DNA from: a virus
Reading direction: 5' to 3' (one strand)
Length of the DNA: 64,000 bases
IMG/VR virus record: IMGVR_UViG_3300024518_006178
Span: 12,837 to 76,836 of that record
Shown: in pieces, positions 46,798 through 54,916 of the stretch
How the letters are laid out: each line of letters opens with the position of its first letter
Numbering within the stretch: the stretch's first letter is position 1
Position numbers and translations under genes: made by a program
The notes under the pieces: model-generated
What the model was told of the DNA's origin: nothing
Seen by the model: the letters and a program-made list of their open reading frames with translations, nothing else
Databases searched by the model: none

Positions 46798-47136
46798 CTA
46801 CTCAGGAATCGTCATAGGGATACCATTTAGCGACTTTTCCTTAGGGTCGATAAGCAACGTTCGGTCAAGGACCTCTCCTTCTGATGGGTCACTGACCTTG
46901 CCAGACTTCTTCGAGCTTCCGGTCTTGATACGACGGTATAGCTTGTCGTCTTGAAGTTGCTCGATGAGGGCCTGCATCCTTTTCACCGTTTTCACGCAGG
47001 CTCGCCTTCTTGCAAGAGTGACCTCGTCCAGATCTTGAGTGCTCATCATCCGTGTGATCTGGACGTGCTGACGGGACGCCTCTTCCATCTGTTTTGTATA
47101 TACCCTAATTAGGATCTCTCTTTCTAGTTTTGTCAT
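46798..47136 (-). CDS. Hypothetical protein translationally coupled to the RT (candidate partner/effector)
   Basis: ATGA overlap with the RT stop; GGAGG RBS; basic and helical. Confidence 0.65.
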   Translation of the reverse strand: MTKLEREILIRVYTKQMEEASRQHVQITRMMSTQDLDEVTLARRRACVKTVKRMQALIEQLQDDKLYRRIKTGSSKKSGKVSDPSEGEVLDRTLLIDPKEKSLNGIPMTIPE

Positions 47137-48482
47137 ATCAGTAGGACCTCCCACTGCGTTTTCATTCTATTTGTTCTTTCCGGATTCACCATTTGGAAGA
47201 ACGCTAGGTTTCCGGACACCCATCCGGTGAATCTTTTGGGCGACACGCCCGCCTTTTTGGCCGCAGCCGGTATACCCAGTACCTTGGCGTTGTGGATCGC
47301 CGCTCGCACGCGACGGAACTTCTGGCGAGAGATATTGGGCTTCTCGTTTGCCACGAGACCTGTTACCCACTGTCTGCGCCCCCTTCTCATGATTTTGGTC
47401 TTTGCCTCATTCACCTGGAATCCCTCCTCTGCGACTATCCGTTTTACGACGCTGATGATGCCATCCACGGCACCGAGGACGTAATTAGGGTTGTCTGCCC
47501 TGCTGAACGAGAAGGTTATGTCGTCCGCGTATCTTGTGTACGTCCACTTTTGGCGGCCCAGGTAGCTCTGTAGCTTCTTGTCTAGGCGGTAGGTCACCAT
47601 GTTGGACAGACGTGGGCTGGTCGGTGCCCCCTGCGGCAGAGCGCCCTTCCATGTGGATATGGCCGTGATTATTCCGGCCACCTTAGTGTCGAGCCCCACG
47701 CTTTTTAGGGCTCCGAATACGCGCGGGAACCCAATCGAAGGGAAGAAGTCCTTTAGGTCTAGGCTGATCACAATGTCCTTACCCGAATGCCGCTCGGCAT
47801 TCTCGCGAATGCTAATGCCGGGCTCAAATCCCACGGATGCCGGATGGGCTGGGACCTGATAGAGGACGTGTTCGAGTATGGCTTTTTGCAGCCACTTGAG
47901 TGCGCTGTTCGGGGCGGTGATCTCTCGCTGCCCTGTTCCGTTCCTTTTCGGGACGAACCAACTGTGGTACAGCGTTGGGTCCTTGTGGGCTAGACGCCTC
48001 AGCATCCAGGTGATAAGTCGGTTCTTTCTGCCAACAGCCATGGCCAGATCGAACGACGTTTTTAAGTCCGAGATCTTTATGGTGGGAACCTTGACCGGCT
48101 GAGAGATGATGAAGCCATACTCCTCATTCATAGGAGCGCATCTCTTGCATACCGCCTTCTTCATGGGGTAGCAGATCTTGTAGTGCGTGCAGGCACCACA
48201 GATCGGGGACGCCAGCCAGTTCATGCAATTGCGACGATTGTTCTTGTTGTTGTGTTGCCAGCAGGCGAACCTATTGGCACAGGCTTCACATACGGAGGCG
48301 TGCGTCTTGCCGCCCAGGACAAACGGTGTGCTCCAGAATATCTTGCTGACAGTTACGGCACCTTCGTAGCTTTTTTCCGCAGGGGTTGTCTGCACGACCC
48401 CCTGGCTCGACTTCACTTTCCTCAAGAATACAGGGTGTCGCTGCCCTTTGTGATCAAGGAAATAGCAGTCATCTGGCTTCAT
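47133..48482 (-). CDS. Retron-type reverse transcriptase with N-terminal Cys-rich domain
   Basis: PKRNG..REI.AP, NAERH (region X), DLKDFFPSI, LPQGAPTSP.LSN, YTRYADD, QWVTGL (region Y); 9 Cys in aa 65-115. Confidence 0.93.
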   Translation of the reverse strand: MKPDDCYFLDHKGQRHPVFLRKVKSSQGVVQTTPAEKSYEGAVTVSKIFWSTPFVLGGKTHASVCEACANRFACWQHNNKNNRRNCMNWLASPICGACTHYKICYPMKKAVCKRCAPMNEEYGFIISQPVKVPTIKISDLKTSFDLAMAVGRKNRLITWMLRRLAHKDPTLYHSWFVPKRNGTGQREITAPNSALKWLQKAILEHVLYQVPAHPASVGFEPGISIRENAERHSGKDIVISLDLKDFFPSIGFPRVFGALKSVGLDTKVAGIITAISTWKGALPQGAPTSPRLSNMVTYRLDKKLQSYLGRQKWTYTRYADDITFSFSRADNPNYVLGAVDGIISVVKRIVAEEGFQVNEAKTKIMRRGRRQWVTGLVANEKPNISRQKFRRVRAAIHNAKVLGIPAAAKKAGVSPKRFTGWVSGNLAFFQMVNPERTNRMKTQWEVLLI

Positions 48483-48541
48483 ATCTTCAGCTCCTATCTT
48501 TAGTTTCCAATCGTCTAGGTTGCCAAATATCTCGAAATGGC

Positions 48542-48897
48542 TTTACTCGCAGAGTAAATGCATGAGAGATATTGTCGCAATCGTAAGTGTGTGTCGAGAA
48601 CGATAGATCCCAGACGGCGAGACGCCGTCACAATATACATAGGAGTTGCTAAGGCAGGCCTGCTTTACTTGGCGCGGCGGCTGGATGCGTCCGCCGCCTC
48701 GGCGGAAGCATCTCTTCCTAAAACCGACGCAATTAACACGTTGTGTTGTGGAGAAACAAAAGTCCACCAGGGGCGAAGCGCCCCTGTAATGTACCAGGCC
48801 CTTGCTTGACTATACGTGGTCCACCCAGATTGGACACGGCATCACAAAATACTCTTCCGTAACGGCGATGCGCCGTTGAAATACACCAAGGGCTTTA
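48542..48897 (-). repeat. Array of degenerate hairpin repeats between retron ncRNA and RT
   Basis: Five hairpins; three share GGCGAnnCGCC-N5-AATRYAC..AGG (plus strand, 48616, 48772, 48864). Confidence 0.6.
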
Positions 48898-49189
48898 TCT
48901 ACCGGCTGGCTGCTAACGGACCCCTTTGCTTTCATGGCTGGTCAGTAAAGATCCAGCTTTCTATGCGCGGACGCAAGGCGACCGTTGGACGTAGCGAGGA
49001 GCAACGAGGACAGCATGCGCAGCGTGATCCCGCAGTTGCCCACAGCGGTGTCCGTAGGTCGCCTGAGTACGCACAGCGGAAAGCGTTAAGGATCTTTCGA
49101 GACCTGCCCTGAGGGGTTTTGTCGTCTATTTCTCTGTGGAGGCCGAATCGGTCCCCGCCTGCCCGCTAATGGGCTACCCAGCCGGTAGA
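48898..49189 (-). ncRNA. Retron msr-msd RNA
   Basis: Perfect 12-bp a1/a2 inverted repeat TCTACCGGCTGG (48898-48909 / 49178-49189); two short msr hairpins; nested long msd hairpin 48920-49117. Confidence 0.8.
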
Positions 49190-49201
49190 ATGGAGGACGG
49201 C

Positions 49202-49936
49202 CTATTTCATTGGAATAAGCATCAGCCGCCACCCTAGTTTATCCGTCTTGACCCACCAATTGCGCGATTCTGTTTCGACGGCGCACTTTAGTGGAAGACT
49301 GCGGTGTACCGGGCAGTCTTCCATGTGTATCTCGAAGTACCCGTCCTTGTTCTTAAAGCACTTGTTTATGTGGCCCAATTCTCCATCAAGATCGACGCGT
49401 CTTCTTTTGCGGACGCATTCCCGTAGCTTGCTGCGAAAATCAGCAAAAGGCTTTAGTTTGAAGCGTGTCTTTACCTGGACCTGTATGGCATACGCATGTA
49501 TTGCCGTCTGCCATGCGGGGTAGTACGTCGACTGAGCGGAGGCGTCCCCTATGCAAATATCTTCGACGTTATAGTCGATCACACACGGATCCACCAGATA
49601 TTGCATCATATACGGCCTTCGCTCTTCGGCCAATGAGGGCACCCTTGCATCTACCCAGATCTCATCCCCGCTATTGGATTTATCTACCTGCACGATCTCT
49701 GGCAGTGCAATGGGCTTGGCGTCACAGAGCCATTCGATTGGCTCCGATAGACTCTTGCAAAGCGTCAGGGAAGTCATCGCTGAAAGCTTTGCGATGCTGA
49801 ACCCCTTCTCTTGGCCTTCCATGGCGTGCTCACAGGCACGAACCTTTTGAATGTCATGCGCATGCTTTGCGGATCTTAATTGCTCCCTCAATATCGCCAT
49901 GACTCGGGGGGCAATGTCTTGATATGTTGCTGTCAT
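49202..49936 (-). CDS. Hypothetical protein heading the putative retron operon
   Basis: AAGGAGG RBS; GGTATAAG motif upstream; stop ends 12 nt before the a1 arm. Confidence 0.65.
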   Translation of the reverse strand: MTATYQDIAPRVMAILREQLRSAKHAHDIQKVRACEHAMEGQEKGFSIAKLSAMTSLTLCKSLSEPIEWLCDAKPIALPEIVQVDKSNSGDEIWVDARVPSLAEERRPYMMQYLVDPCVIDYNVEDICIGDASAQSTYYPAWQTAIHAYAIQVQVKTRFKLKPFADFRSKLRECVRKRRRVDLDGELGHINKCFKNKDGYFEIHMEDCPVHRSLPLKCAVETESRNWWVKTDKLGWRLMLIPMK

Positions 49937-49964
49937 GAGCGTCCTCCTTCGTCGCTCTTATACC

Positions 49965-49994
49965 AAAAAAAGGGCGGGGGTCACCCCCGCCCTT
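49965..49994 (-). terminator. Intrinsic terminator abutting a GGTATAAG motif
   Basis: AAGGGCGGGGG/CCCCCGCCCTT stem, U7. Confidence 0.7.
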
Positions 49995-50002
49995 AAGTTT
50001 GG

Positions 50003-51103
50003 CTATTGAAGCCACTTGCCGAAGCGAGTAGTGTTGTAGATCATCTGTCCAGCCACGTTTTGCAGCTTTTCCTTGCGATCCATTGAAATCTCCGCCAGCG
50101 CGCCTGCCATCGCAATGGCCTGCACGGCGTCGAACAGAGTGACGGTCGTGGCCACGTTCCAGAACTCCTCGACCGCCCTTCGTTGGCCTATATCCAGGGC
50201 GAACGCATCGAAGACGCGCTCCCTGAACTCATCAGGGTCCAGGATCTTTACGTGTTGTGTGGCCTCGACTTCGTTGAGGCTCGCCTCCATCTTCTCGATG
50301 AGAAACTCGACGGAGGCCTTGAACTCCTTGTCGAAGTCCTCCTTCTTCTTCAGATGTGTGCGACGGAACCCCTGGTATCCCGTCATGATAACGCCAGTGC
50401 TGTCCGTGGCGTTCACGGTGAGTAGCTCGCATGCGAGGCTGCCGCAACCGATCTCGGAGTTCTTCAGTCTGATGGCCCCGTGAATCTCCTTGCCGCAGAT
50501 CGTGCGCACCATGTCCGGGTTGCGCAGATCCACGTACAAATTCGTCGGGGAATGGGTGAACGTGAGCGACCATCCGGGCTGGTTCGGCAGGTAGCTGGAC
50601 AGCAGATCCATGGCCTCAATGTGGTCGTAGACCTCGTAGCGACTGGTTAGGATCCCGCGAATCTTCTGTGCCCCAGAGTTCTTGTCGAACCGAACGAACC
50701 ACTTCTTGTTCTTGGGCATGTGGTTCAGCCAGTGATTGGCATGGGCGTCCAGGCGATCTCCGCCAAGACCTATGGTCTCCATGCAGCGCGTGAAGTACAT
50801 GAACGGGATTTTCAGCCGCTGACAGAACAACTGAACGGCATGCGGCTCCATGGGGAACATCGCCGTTACCCCATCCTTCTGATCTTCTGGGACATTGGGG
50901 TCATCCAGCATATTCAGAAGGCTGGACCGAATCAGGGTGGGATCCGGGTGCTGTCTGCTCAGGGTGAAGTCAAATACTTCGATCTCCTCGTCCGAGTAGA
51001 ACTCGGCGCGAGCGGCCAGGAGGTCCTTGAAGTCGGGTATCGTAATTGGTGTGTCATGGAGACTGTGTTGCTCCATCGTTTTGGTCGGTGTTGTTGTCAC
51101 CAT
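50003..51103 (-). CDS. DUF932-like phage protein
   Basis: A..LFCQRLKIP..Y, IRGILTSRY...D, LKNSEIGCGSL, RRTHL, TLFDAVQAI. Confidence 0.6.
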   Translation of the reverse strand: MVTTTPTKTMEQHSLHDTPITIPDFKDLLAARAEFYSDEEIEVFDFTLSRQHPDPTLIRSSLLNMLDDPNVPEDQKDGVTAMFPMEPHAVQLFCQRLKIPFMYFTRCMETIGLGGDRLDAHANHWLNHMPKNKKWFVRFDKNSGAQKIRGILTSRYEVYDHIEAMDLLSSYLPNQPGWSLTFTHSPTNLYVDLRNPDMVRTICGKEIHGAIRLKNSEIGCGSLACELLTVNATDSTGVIMTGYQGFRRTHLKKKEDFDKEFKASVEFLIEKMEASLNEVEATQHVKILDPDEFRERVFDAFALDIGQRRAVEEFWNVATTVTLFDAVQAIAMAGALAEISMDRKEKLQNVAGQMIYNTTRFGKWLQ

Positions 51104-51725
51104 CTGCCTCCTGAATGAACGCCTTCAGCTCCTCTGCCTTGGCGTTTGCCTTTTCGATCATTTCTACGCATGCCTCCATCGTAATGCACTTTGTCACTTC
51201 CTGCACGAAGTGGCTGCGCCAATGCTCCACCTCAAGCACGTCAAGGTGTTCTTTTTGCAGCCACAGGGCGGCGTCGATGAGGCTGCGCACATCTTCGGAC
51301 CAAGCTTCTTCGTCACTCCAGCTGTTTCTGCGCCTCCTTCTTCCCGGCCCGAATGTTTCCTCGGAGGTGGGGTTGTCCTCCAGGCTGTCATCGGAGTAGT
51401 CGTCCACGTCAACCGGCAGGACCTGCATCACTTTCGCGACAGCTATTGCCTTCTTCCGATGCTCTCCGGCTTCCACCAAGAGTCTTTTGGCCAGATCCTT
51501 CTTTGTGTGGGCGACGTTTATAATGCGCGCTAGACGATCTCTTACGTCCCTATAGTCCAGCTCTTCCTCTATGTGTTGCCCAACGACGTGCCTGCGGAGC
51601 TTCAACCGATTGTTAGCTATCTTGCGAACGCCATCGAACGCCTCCGCAGTCGCAGGCTGATAGGCATCTTCCATGAGCTTCACGCCAACGCGCTTGCCCT
51701 TTGCTCGCGTAGTTTTGTTTGACAT
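51054..51725 (-). CDS. Hypothetical protein
   Basis: GAGGA RBS; co-directional. Confidence 0.55.
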   Translation of the reverse strand: MSNKTTRAKGKRVGVKLMEDAYQPATAEAFDGVRKIANNRLKLRRHVVGQHIEEELDYRDVRDRLARIINVAHTKKDLAKRLLVEAGEHRKKAIAVAKVMQVLPVDVDDYSDDSLEDNPTSEETFGPGRRRRRNSWSDEEAWSEDVRSLIDAALWLQKEHLDVLEVEHWRSHFVQEVTKCITMEACVEMIEKANAKAEELKAFIQEADGDNNTDQNDGATQSP

Positions 51726-51727
51726 TT

Positions 51728-52030
51728 TTAGTCCTCGTCTGCGTCAATGGTCTCTGCGATTTCAAGCTGCCCCCGCAGGTACTCACAGTTCGTGCGTAAC
51801 CTGTCGACTTTGTCTTTGCTCTTCAGCTTCCAGTCGATCACGAAGTTGTGGATGCCCTGGCGCTGAATGACTGGGTGGGCGTGGCCCACCCAGTCTGGTT
51901 TGCCGAACTGTCCCTGTATTCTGTCGTACACTTCCAGAACCTTGAGGCAGATTAAGATCCTCCGCCTCCTGTCATGGTCGGTTACCAGCGGGCTTATCTT
52001 TGATCTTGCTCTAAACTTCTTCTTCTTCAT
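51728..52030 (-). CDS. Hypothetical protein
   Basis: GGAG RBS. Confidence 0.55.
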   Translation of the reverse strand: MKKKKFRARSKISPLVTDHDRRRRILICLKVLEVYDRIQGQFGKPDWVGHAHPVIQRQGIHNFVIDWKLKSKDKVDRLRTNCEYLRGQLEIAETIDADED

Positions 52031-52056
52031 TTTTCTCTCCGGTTACGCTTTTTTGG

Positions 52057-52788
52057 TTATTCCTCTATCATTGCGTCCATTGGGTCGGGCTGTGCGGATG
52101 GATCCGCATAGAACACGGTCTCTTGTGTTGGGGCGTCGGTGTCGATTGTCTCTACGTCTTGTGTCTCGGCATCGGTGTCGATCACTTCCGCACCCGTTAG
52201 AATTTCAAGAAGCTCAGCCGCCTCCGACGCGGTGGCCGTATGGCTGCTCACCTTGTCTTCGAGTTCACGCCGTCTCTTGTTGTTATTGACCTCAATCTTC
52301 TGAGGGTCGTCGTCAGGGGAGCAGTGCAGGAGGCGGTCCTCATGCAGCTCGTTCTCGACACCCGGCTCGTCGTCGAGACCCGGAAGCGGGCGCTTTATGA
52401 AATCCCTAACCTCCTGGTCCGCCTCGTCGGGTATGCTGGCCTCGTGTCCGCATCTGCGGCAGTCCTTGACCTTTCGTGTGTGAACGGCCTTGCAGGAGGG
52501 GCACTCCTTGAAGCCGTATTTCTCTGTGCGCTCCGCCAGGAGCTGAGTCGTGTTGGTTAGATCCGCAGCCGAGCGGGCCTGCTGCAAGGTCGTAACCTTG
52601 CTGAACAATGTGAAGAAGCAGTTCGCGCCGTCCCCCTCGATGGTGGCGCACGCTATCGTGTTTTGCAAGCTGACGAACGGCTTGCCAAGATGGTCTCGGC
52701 ACACCTCGTCGAGGGCGAAGTTATAGGCGTCCTGCCCGGTCCAGATGTGCTCCTTGCCCCTGGTATCCTTATACTTAACAACAGCCAT
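52057..52788 (-). CDS. Hypothetical zinc-ribbon protein with acidic repeat tail
   Basis: CPSC...CRRC; EVIDTDAETQ/ETIDTDAPTQ repeat; AGGAGG RBS. Confidence 0.6.
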   Translation of the reverse strand: MAVVKYKDTRGKEHIWTGQDAYNFALDEVCRDHLGKPFVSLQNTIACATIEGDGANCFFTLFSKVTTLQQARSAADLTNTTQLLAERTEKYGFKECPSCKAVHTRKVKDCRRCGHEASIPDEADQEVRDFIKRPLPGLDDEPGVENELHEDRLLHCSPDDDPQKIEVNNNKRRRELEDKVSSHTATASEAAELLEILTGAEVIDTDAETQDVETIDTDAPTQETVFYADPSAQPDPMDAMIEE

Positions 52789-52835
52789 ACCGGTCCTCCT
52801 AAGTAAGTGTCTCGAACACAGACTTATACCGTAAT

Positions 52836-53243
52836 TCAGTCTGTTTTGGTTTCAGGCGGGAAGCCGTCCTTCAGGATCGGCGCAACGAACTCATATATGT
52901 CCCATGCGCTGCCATCTATGGCTTCATCGTATTTGCCGTGGTTCTGAACGGCGTCCGCAAATTCAAACTCTTTGCACCCCGCCTCGATGCCGTCCACCTG
53001 CATGGAAACCTTGATCCACAGTTTATGCATGGTGCTCATGCGCTGCGGAGTATATACGTTCGGCGTGTCTTTGCAGGTTTCGAACAACCCGGAGAAGCGC
53101 GCGCGCCAGTCGGCCACAGATACGACAAGCCGCGTCATAGATTCGGTTGCCCACTCTATTTTATTCAAGTCCAGTAGCTTTCTCAGGCGCTCCACTATGG
53201 GCTTATGGAACTCGTTCATCACAAACTGGCTGTGATCCAGCAT
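52836..53243 (-). CDS. Hypothetical protein
   Basis: AGGAGAG RBS. Confidence 0.55.
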   Translation of the reverse strand: MLDHSQFVMNEFHKPIVERLRKLLDLNKIEWATESMTRLVVSVADWRARFSGLFETCKDTPNVYTPQRMSTMHKLWIKVSMQVDGIEAGCKEFEFADAVQNHGKYDEAIDGSAWDIYEFVAPILKDGFPPETKTD

Positions 53244-53254
53244 AAGTTCTCTCC

Positions 53255-53292
53255 TAAAAAAATAGGGGGGAGAGGCAAAGCCCCTCCCCCCT
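53255..53292 (-). terminator. Intrinsic terminator
   Basis: AGGGGGGAG/CTCCCCCCT stem with U-tract. Confidence 0.65.
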
Positions 53293-53309
53293 ATGGGTTT
53301 CTCATTTTG

Positions 53310-53885
53310 TTATTCTTCGTCGGGATCCAGATGCATGTCCTCTGGGAGCATGTCTGGAATCTCGGGCTTGTCCTCGTCCTCGTCTTCGTCGCCGTGCGCC
53401 TTGCGCCAGTACCTCTCCTCAAATATCCTTTCGGCGTTCGTTGTAGACTCCCCCGAGGCGGGTCCAACCTTGTCGTCGGAGCCTTCCTCCCGGAGTCGCA
53501 GGTCGACTTGCGGAATGTCGTCCTTGTCGATAAGCGCCTTGGGTGCTCCATCAGGCATATACGCTTCAACGTGCGTTATGATGCCAAGCTTTTTGTCTGT
53601 CACAACATGAAGCCCGGCGCACGAGAATAGGAGCTTTTCATCTTCAGGGTGCGCCTCTACCAGGGCTTCCTTCACCTGGTCCCAGGTGGACTCCTTCATC
53701 TTGTTCATCAGGCCCTTCTGCTTCTCGACGCGCTGAATCAATTCGATCACTTCGTTTTGCATGCGATCTATTTCTTCTGACTTCGCCTCCAGCATTGCGA
53801 AGTCGGACGCCATATCCTTAGGGAACGGCCAGGTCTTCACCGGTTTGGGTTTTTCCTCTTTGTCGCCGTCCTTGCCTTCTGACAT
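53310..53885 (-). CDS. Hypothetical protein (coiled coil, acidic tail)
   Basis: TAATG coupling. Confidence 0.6.
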   Translation of the reverse strand: MSEGKDGDKEEKPKPVKTWPFPKDMASDFAMLEAKSEEIDRMQNEVIELIQRVEKQKGLMNKMKESTWDQVKEALVEAHPEDEKLLFSCAGLHVVTDKKLGIITHVEAYMPDGAPKALIDKDDIPQVDLRLREEGSDDKVGPASGESTTNAERIFEERYWRKAHGDEDEDEDKPEIPDMLPEDMHLDPDEE

Positions 53886-54085
53886 TACTGCCCCTTTCGC
53901 TGCGTGGACTGAGGATCATTCGTATCCTCATAGTCTTGGATTGAGCGCTTGAGCGCGTTCAGCTCGATTTCATGAATCTTGGCCTGTTGGAGTTGGCCGT
54001 TCTTCTTGGCGGAGGCGACAGAATCGGCAAGCTCCTTAGCTTTGCGCCGCATCTTTGTCACCTCTTTGAGTTCTCTTTTAATCAT
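53885..54085 (-). CDS. Small coiled-coil protein
   Basis: Coupled ORF. Confidence 0.5.
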   Translation of the reverse strand: MIKRELKEVTKMRRKAKELADSVASAKKNGQLQQAKIHEIELNALKRSIQDYEDTNDPQSTQRKGQ

Positions 54086-54368
54086 TGTTTTCCTCTTGTT
54101 CTAGGAGTGAGCTTAGGCTGTCAGCCAGACGTGCCTGTTCTTTCGTGAGCCGCTGCCTGCGGCTTATGAGTTGTCGCACCTGTTTTTGCTGGCCATTCCT
54201 GAGCTTCCATTCCAGACGACGGATGCAAGCCTCAAGGGCCACCTTGTTATTCTGCATCTTCTCCCGAAGCTTGTCCACCATCTCGGTCGGATTCTTCGGC
54301 AGCAGATCCTTCAGGCTCGTCATCTGGCGAGTTCTTTCCCTCCTCTTCGGGCGAATCTTCTTCCCCAT
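54078..54368 (-). CDS. Small basic coiled-coil protein
   Basis: GGAG RBS; coupled ORF. Confidence 0.5.
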   Translation of the reverse strand: MGKKIRPKRRERTRQMTSLKDLLPKNPTEMVDKLREKMQNNKVALEACIRRLEWKLRNGQQKQVRQLISRRQRLTKEQARLADSLSSLLEQEENND

Positions 54369-54591
54369 CAGATGAAATCTCCAGTACTTTAATGTCGTAT
54401 GCCAGATCTTTGAGGTATTTTTCCTGCGTGCTTATCTCGTCCTTTAGCTCCTTGGCCCGGCCCTCCTTGCTGTGGCCAATAGCCAGCTCAAGGAGTCGTT
54501 TATTGTCGATAAGGTCCTTCTCTATGGTCTTGACCTCATCCCGCTTCAGCTCAAGCTGTCCGGATTCTTCTTGTGGCACCGTGGGAATCAT
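54247..54591 (-). CDS. Small coiled-coil protein
   Basis: ATGA overlap with the upstream gene. Confidence 0.5.
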   Translation of the reverse strand: MIPTVPQEESGQLELKRDEVKTIEKDLIDNKRLLELAIGHSKEGRAKELKDEISTQEKYLKDLAYDIKVLEISSDGEEDSPEEEGKNSPDDEPEGSAAEESDRDGGQASGEDAE

Positions 54592-54899
54592 GCTTCTTTC
54601 CCCCTGAGTTGCACCATTCGATCTATTTCATCCTCAAGTTCTGTCTCAGCCGCCGCCAACTTCTTCAACAGAACATTAATGACGGCGCTTTTGGCCAGGA
54701 TGCCTGAGCGCTTGAGGCGTACTCGTTCTTGGGCGAGAGACTCTTGCAGTTTGTCTCGTTCCCGCCGCTTTTTTTCGATGCTCCGGGCGAGCTTTACCTC
54801 GTTCATTAGCCCGGGGGCTACATGGACTTCGCCAGGCTGACGACCGTCGTCATGATCATCTTCAGAGCCAGGCTGGGTTCTATAGACTTTGCCTGCCAT
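54588..54899 (-). CDS. Small coiled-coil protein
   Basis: AAGGAGG RBS. Confidence 0.55.
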   Translation of the reverse strand: MAGKVYRTQPGSEDDHDDGRQPGEVHVAPGLMNEVKLARSIEKKRRERDKLQESLAQERVRLKRSGILAKSAVINVLLKKLAAAETELEDEIDRMVQLRGKEA

Positions 54900-54916
54900 G
54901 CCCCCTCCTTTTTAGT

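Noticed and set aside
47133-48482. RT as part of a diversity-generating retroelement or group II intron
   Set aside because: It has retron NAxxH and VTG motifs and an a1/a2-bounded RNA. I saw no TR/VR pair differing at adenines, no Avd-like gene, no maturase X domain and no intron domain V.
48743-48752. 10-nt complement between the hairpin array and the head-operon leader (about 61087-61096)
   Set aside because: A 10-nt match is expected by chance in 64 kb.
48542-48897. CRISPR array
   Set aside because: Repeats are too degenerate and irregularly spaced, and there are no cas genes in the window. Kept as a non-CRISPR hairpin array.
48543-49112. ORFs 48543-48767(-), 48558-48809(+) and 48816-49112(+)
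   Set aside because: No convincing RBS or protein-like motifs; they overlap extensive RNA structure.
52118-52188. 36-nt tandem repeat
   Set aside because: In-frame coding repeat in an acidic protein tail; no sign of a separate function.
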